Shown here piece after piece: positions 39,313-42,012 of a stretch of DNA of 42,012 bases. Origin of the DNA: a virus; IMG/VR virus record IMGVR_UViG_3300031539_000101, positions 1 to 42,012 of that record; one strand, given 5' to 3'. How positions within the stretch are numbered: the first letter of the stretch is position 1; each line of letters opens with the position of its first letter. The position numbers were made by a program, and so were the translations under genes. A model generated the notes under the pieces. It worked only from the letters and a program-made list of their open reading frames with translations, was not told where the DNA came from and ran no database searches.

Positions 39313-39429
39313 ATCGGCCAGCATGTCATCGAGCTGGTATGCCGCTACCATCTCGGCGTCATATTGGGCGCGGGTCCATGAGTTTCCGCACGCTGCGCAG
39401 GTGACAGTCTCTATGACGTGGATTGGCAT
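39256..39429 (-). CDS. 57-aa Zn-ribbon protein
   Basis: Below the track cutoff. MPIHVIETVTCAACGNSWTRAQYDAEMVAAYQLDDMLADVPSYWCPSCGEAGEVEEA. AAGGAGG SD. Stop/start overlaps at both ends. Confidence 0.6.
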   Translation of the reverse strand: MPIHVIETVTCAACGNSWTRAQYDAEMVAAYQLDDMLADVPSYWCPSCGEAGEVEEA

Positions 39430-39725
39430 CACGCCTCCTTCATGACAACATATCCACCTAAGTCGGTCGAGGCCGCCATCGCATAGCCACGCTCCTTGTC
39501 ATCTTTGGACAGTTCTCCATCAACGATGTCAGAGAAATGTGCCGCGATATTCCATATCTTGTAGGATGGGAATAGAAACTCCCGCACAATCTCGCCGTTG
39601 TAACTAATCTCGATAAGAGCATCGCCCTTTGACTCTTCCGTGTCAACCAAGTACCACGCCTCGACGTGGAATCCCCTATCATCCTTGGTAAACTCTGGGC
39701 GAATGTTCCTTCGCTGTCTGTCCAT
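39429..39725 (-). CDS. Hypothetical protein
   Basis: 98 aa from MDRQRRNIRPEF. The start lies in the GGAGGCGTGATG junction of repeat copy 39722..39781. Confidence 0.65.
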   Translation of the reverse strand: MDRQRRNIRPEFTKDDRGFHVEAWYLVDTEESKGDALIEISYNGEIVREFLFPSYKIWNIAAHFSDIVDGELSKDDKERGYAMAASTDLGGYVVMKEA

Positions 39726-39781
39726 CACGCCTCCTCTACCTCTCCATCCAGGCCGCAACTCGGACACCAGTATGGCGGCAC
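39722..39781. repeat. 60-bp junction repeat, remnant copy
   Basis: The minus strand reads an in-frame TAG, then ETEVPPYWCPSCGLDGEVEEA stop. This is a headless copy of the Zn-ribbon C-terminus. It lies in a different frame from the ORF it overlaps (39736..39915). Confidence 0.9.
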
Positions 39782-39915
39782 TTCCGTCTCCTATGCCCAG
39801 TAATAGCAACCATGATCAAGACCACAATGCCAGCCAAGATAATGCCAACGCCAGCCCATGTTATCTTGCCGTTCTGCACAACAAATCCGGCCGTATCAAG
39901 AAAGCCCCTCATCAT
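39736..39915 (-). CDS. Candidate small membrane protein
   Basis: About 59 aa from MMRGFLDTAGFVVQNGKITWAGVGIILAGIVVLIMVAITG (one clear TM segment). The SD is weak and too close to the start. The 3' end runs into the junction repeat. Confidence 0.4.
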   Translation of the reverse strand: MMRGFLDTAGFVVQNGKITWAGVGIILAGIVVLIMVAITGHRRRKCRHTGVRVAAWMER

Positions 39916-40255
39916 TCCCCTTGCTTGCCTCGACTTCTCTCCCAAACGATAGAGCGTGACGTTTACGCTTACCTCCTTGCGACTCTTTGCCTGGAATGAA
40001 CACAACATCAGAGCGCTCCGCGAATGTGGCGATGGCGCAAACCATCTCTGCTTTAGTCGCTCCAGTTATGGTTTCAATAAATCTCCTGCGCCTCCCAGAA
40101 GAAGAGACTTTGGCACAGAATAAGTAAGCCTCAGTCGGCGGAATGCTGGGATCTGGGATTTTTGTCCTCTTCCAGCGGCCTGCGCCGATTAGTGGCTGAT
40201 TGGTAATGTATTCATCGTACAGTTCAATATGATCTGCAACGAAACGAGACATCAT
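39896..40255 (-). CDS. Hypothetical protein
   Basis: 118-119 aa; AAGGAGGA SD; start coupled to the upstream stop. Confidence 0.65.
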   Translation of the reverse strand: MMSRFVADHIELYDEYITNQPLIGAGRWKRTKIPDPSIPPTEAYLFCAKVSSSGRRRRFIETITGATKAEMVCAIATFAERSDVVFIPGKESQGGKRKRHALSFGREVEASKGNDEGLS

Positions 40256-40473
40256 TCCTCCTTGTTATTTCCCAACAAGCGCTGAACCTCTTTCTGGTCG
40301 ATCTGCGCGGCCCGCCTTGGATCGTAGGAATAGTTAGGGTTGCCGCAGTAGCGGCATTCCCTCTCTGTGTCCCACACGGTCGTCCCGCACATTGAACACA
40401 GTTGCGAATGCCTTGACTTGTTACGCCGCCTAGATTCGCGTTGCTCTCGGCAGAAGTCTCCGTACTCGCTCAT
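40252..40473 (-). CDS. Zn-ribbon protein
   Basis: 73 aa from MSEYGDFCREQRE. CSMCG....CRYCG. The start overlaps the YqaJ stop (GTGATG). Confidence 0.65.
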   Translation of the reverse strand: MSEYGDFCREQRESRRRNKSRHSQLCSMCGTTVWDTERECRYCGNPNYSYDPRRAAQIDQKEVQRLLGNNKEE

Positions 40474-41078
40474 CACGCCCCCTTGAGAATCTTCGCACAC
40501 ACTTCATCCAACTCTTCGCAGAACACTATCAGTTCCTTCTCTAGCTTGTCCAGGAACAGATCGTCGCGATACACGCGCAGGACGAACAGCGGCAACTTTG
40601 GCGAGTAGGAACAGAAGTCTGCCCACGTCCTCTTGGCAACGAACAACTCTCCCTGCACCTGCTGAACGTAGTCGGATGGTAGATCGCCTTTCAACAGGTA
40701 TCCGATGTGAGTATGTGCCTCCGGGTTCTTTAGTTCCAGCACCCCGTCGTCACCTATCAATCCGTCCGGGCTTGCTCCCCAGCGACCGCACTCGCTGACA
40801 CAGAAGCCAACCTCATCCACGGCAATCTCATGTTCCATCGCGTAGATCATCCGAGACAGTGCCTCGCGGTCGTTGCCCTCTTGCATCGCCGCCGACTTGT
40901 ACGTGTCTTTGTAGATGCCGGTGATCCGAGCCGCTGCGCACTCGTAGAGGTATGCAGTCCGCTGCGTCGATGGGCTTCCGTCTCCCTTAACGATCTGGCT
41001 GAACCGGGATGCGGTTGGAAGGCCGCGCCTTGCCTCCCACCATTCGTCCGAGTATTGGACGCAATTAATCTGAGGCAT
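40473..41078 (-). CDS. YqaJ-like viral recombinase exonuclease (PD-(D/E)XK, lambda Exo-like)
   Basis: 201 aa. QYSDEWWEARRGLPTASRFSQI is the YqaJ N-terminal signature. ASPDGLI...VLELKNP supplies the D...ELK catalytic motif. Confidence 0.85.
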   Translation of the reverse strand: MPQINCVQYSDEWWEARRGLPTASRFSQIVKGDGSPSTQRTAYLYECAAARITGIYKDTYKSAAMQEGNDREALSRMIYAMEHEIAVDEVGFCVSECGRWGASPDGLIGDDGVLELKNPEAHTHIGYLLKGDLPSDYVQQVQGELFVAKRTWADFCSYSPKLPLFVLRVYRDDLFLDKLEKELIVFCEELDEVCAKILKGA

Positions 41079-41703
41079 TAGCGGCCTCTTCTATCAGGCG
41101 TCCGAGGTAAGCTGCATACGAAGCATGAACACGAGCGGCGTCCTCTTGCCCACATTCCTTCTTGACCTGATCTCCGTTTGCTTTCCACCACGGAGCGAAC
41201 TTCTCGGCGGTCGTATTGCTGGCCTTTTCACATTTCTCTAGCCATTCTGGCAGTTTCTCATTCTCACCGGGCGCAATTCCGCCAAGATTCGTTTGTGGTC
41301 CCGCTTCAGGATCGTCACCCCACGAGATTAGGAATGCTTTCGCTAGACAATACTTGACGCCTACGGTGTTCGCCTTCTGCGCCGCCTTGTCTCCCGAGTC
41401 CATTCCTTCACCGATAGCAGACACCGATAGCGAATCAGTGCCGTCAGTGAAGGTAAGCGTATGCTTCACCAGCACGAGATGGCGGGAACTCTTCTCTGTC
41501 TTGATGATCTCTGAGGCCACTAGCTCGCAATCGCCACAGACCGCTATCCCGCGCTCGCTCAAAGCGGAGCGAACCTTGTCAGCAACCTTTTCTGCGCTGG
41601 CGAACGTGTAGAAAGGGAATGCATCCAGCTTGCCGTCCTTCTGGACATAGCCAACTTCAACCATCACTTCGGCCATGTGTTGCACGAGAGTCTTATCGCT
41701 CAT
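41065..41703 (-). CDS. ERF-family single-strand annealing protein
   Basis: 212 aa. FYTFASAEKVADKVRSALSERGI...SAIGEGMDSGDKAAQKANTVGVKYCLAKAFLISWGDDPE follows the ERF pattern (..G.G.D.gDKa.qKA.T.A.KY.l...FlI...dD). It is paired with the exonuclease. Confidence 0.65.
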   Translation of the reverse strand: MSDKTLVQHMAEVMVEVGYVQKDGKLDAFPFYTFASAEKVADKVRSALSERGIAVCGDCELVASEIIKTEKSSRHLVLVKHTLTFTDGTDSLSVSAIGEGMDSGDKAAQKANTVGVKYCLAKAFLISWGDDPEAGPQTNLGGIAPGENEKLPEWLEKCEKASNTTAEKFAPWWKANGDQVKKECGQEDAARVHASYAAYLGRLIEEAANASD

Positions 41704-41852
41704 TCTGCCTCCTTGATCTCTGCTGCCGTTAGTTCCTTCTCAAGAGAATTCCATAGGGTATATGACAAATCATACAGAATATGCTCTGTCGGTATCTTCA
41801 TGTAGATATATGCCGCCTTCTCAGCTAGCTTGCGAAGTAGCTCGATCGTCAT
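41700..41852 (-). CDS. Hypothetical 50-aa protein
   Basis: MTIELLRKLAEKAAYIYMKIPTEHILYDLSYTLWNSLEKELTAAEIKEAE. ATGA overlaps at both ends; AAGGAGG SD. Confidence 0.5.
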   Translation of the reverse strand: MTIELLRKLAEKAAYIYMKIPTEHILYDLSYTLWNSLEKELTAAEIKEAE

Positions 41853-42012
41853 CGTCCCGCCTCCTTGCCGTCGTCATCGTGCCGGTCCTGCGCGTCTAGC
41901 TCGGCCCGCTCCCAGGCCAGCGCGTGATCGAGAATCGCTTGCTCGGATTCGGTCAGCGCAACGAGATGCCTGTGATCGCGCTCGATCGCGTACTCCTCGC
42001 GGCCATAGTGAT
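41849..42012 (-). CDS. 3' part of the junction-spanning 78-aa ORF (same gene as 1..200)
   Basis: ..AWERAELDAQDRHDDDGKEAGR stop at 41849..41851. Bases 41886..42012 duplicate 1..127. Confidence 0.6.
   Translation of the reverse strand, partial: HYGREEYAIERDHRHLVALTESEQAILDHALAWERAELDAQDRHDDDGKEAGR
41886..42012. repeat. Terminal overlap, second copy of 1..127
   Basis: Exact identity over 127 bp. Confidence 0.95.

Noticed and set aside
4437-39682. Nested minus-strand ORFs in alternative frames (e.g. 4437..4724, 4967..5305, 5202..5384, 5403..5591, 5601..5810, 8206..8388, 9352..9603, 12074..12262, 14753..14938, 16088..16363, 18643..18867, 22823..23176, 25005..25247, 25440..25844, 33542..33754, 39458..39682)
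   Set aside because: They are embedded out of frame inside longer genes with clear homology or motifs. They lack SD sequences and have Arg/Cys/Trp-rich shadow-frame composition.
39736-39800. Programmed -1 frameshift joining the membrane-protein ORF to the VPPYWCPSCG..EVEEA relic
   Set aside because: The relic is in the -1 frame, but there is no X XXY YYZ slippery heptamer between the in-frame TAG and the relic. The arrangement is better explained as a duplicated junction.

Overview
The window is one complete, circularly closed genome of about 41,885 bp from a tailed dsDNA phage. It looks siphovirus-like: a 1006-aa tape measure, a G/GT chaperone frameshift and no sheath gene. Bases 1..127 are repeated exactly at 41886..42012, and a 78-aa ORF reads in frame through that join. 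Every credible gene (about 95) lies on the minus strand. Genes are tightly packed, with ATGA/GTGATG stop-start overlaps and strong GGAGG Shine-Dalgarno sites. All plus-strand ORFs in the track look like antisense shadows. In transcription order (high to low coordinates) the genome reads as follows. (1) ERF-like annealing protein plus YqaJ exonuclease. (2) A run of small Zn-ribbon proteins, a double-HTH regulator and a free-standing NUMOD4/HNH homing endonuclease. (3) A replisome-organizer-like gene with internal iteron-like repeats. (4) A near-consensus promoter with a roughly 290-nt structured leader. (5) Two HNH nucleases and a Lar-like protein. (6) TerS, four small genes, TerL, about eight small genes, then portal, MuF-like protein, protease/scaffold candidate and Mu gpT-like capsid. 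(7) Connectors, major tail protein, G/GT, tape measure, and a tail tip that includes a 1061-aa Tal-like protein flanked by 19-aa tandem repeats. (8) A fibre and a beta-propeller receptor-binding candidate. (9) An envelope-directed accessory block (small membrane proteins, a secreted beta-barrel, two lipoproteins) with no endolysin I can recognise, followed by an intrinsic terminator. (10) A string of small early genes including an XRE HTH. I found no integrase, tRNA, rRNA, CRISPR array or reverse transcriptase. The most unusual signal is recurrent. At least six small-gene cassettes are bracketed by 22-60 bp direct repeats made of the preceding gene's last codons plus its SD/start junction. Out-of-frame remnants of the TerL, SEC-C and Zn-ribbon C-termini are left behind at these sites. 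Functional calls rest on motifs read by eye and on gene order. No database search was run.
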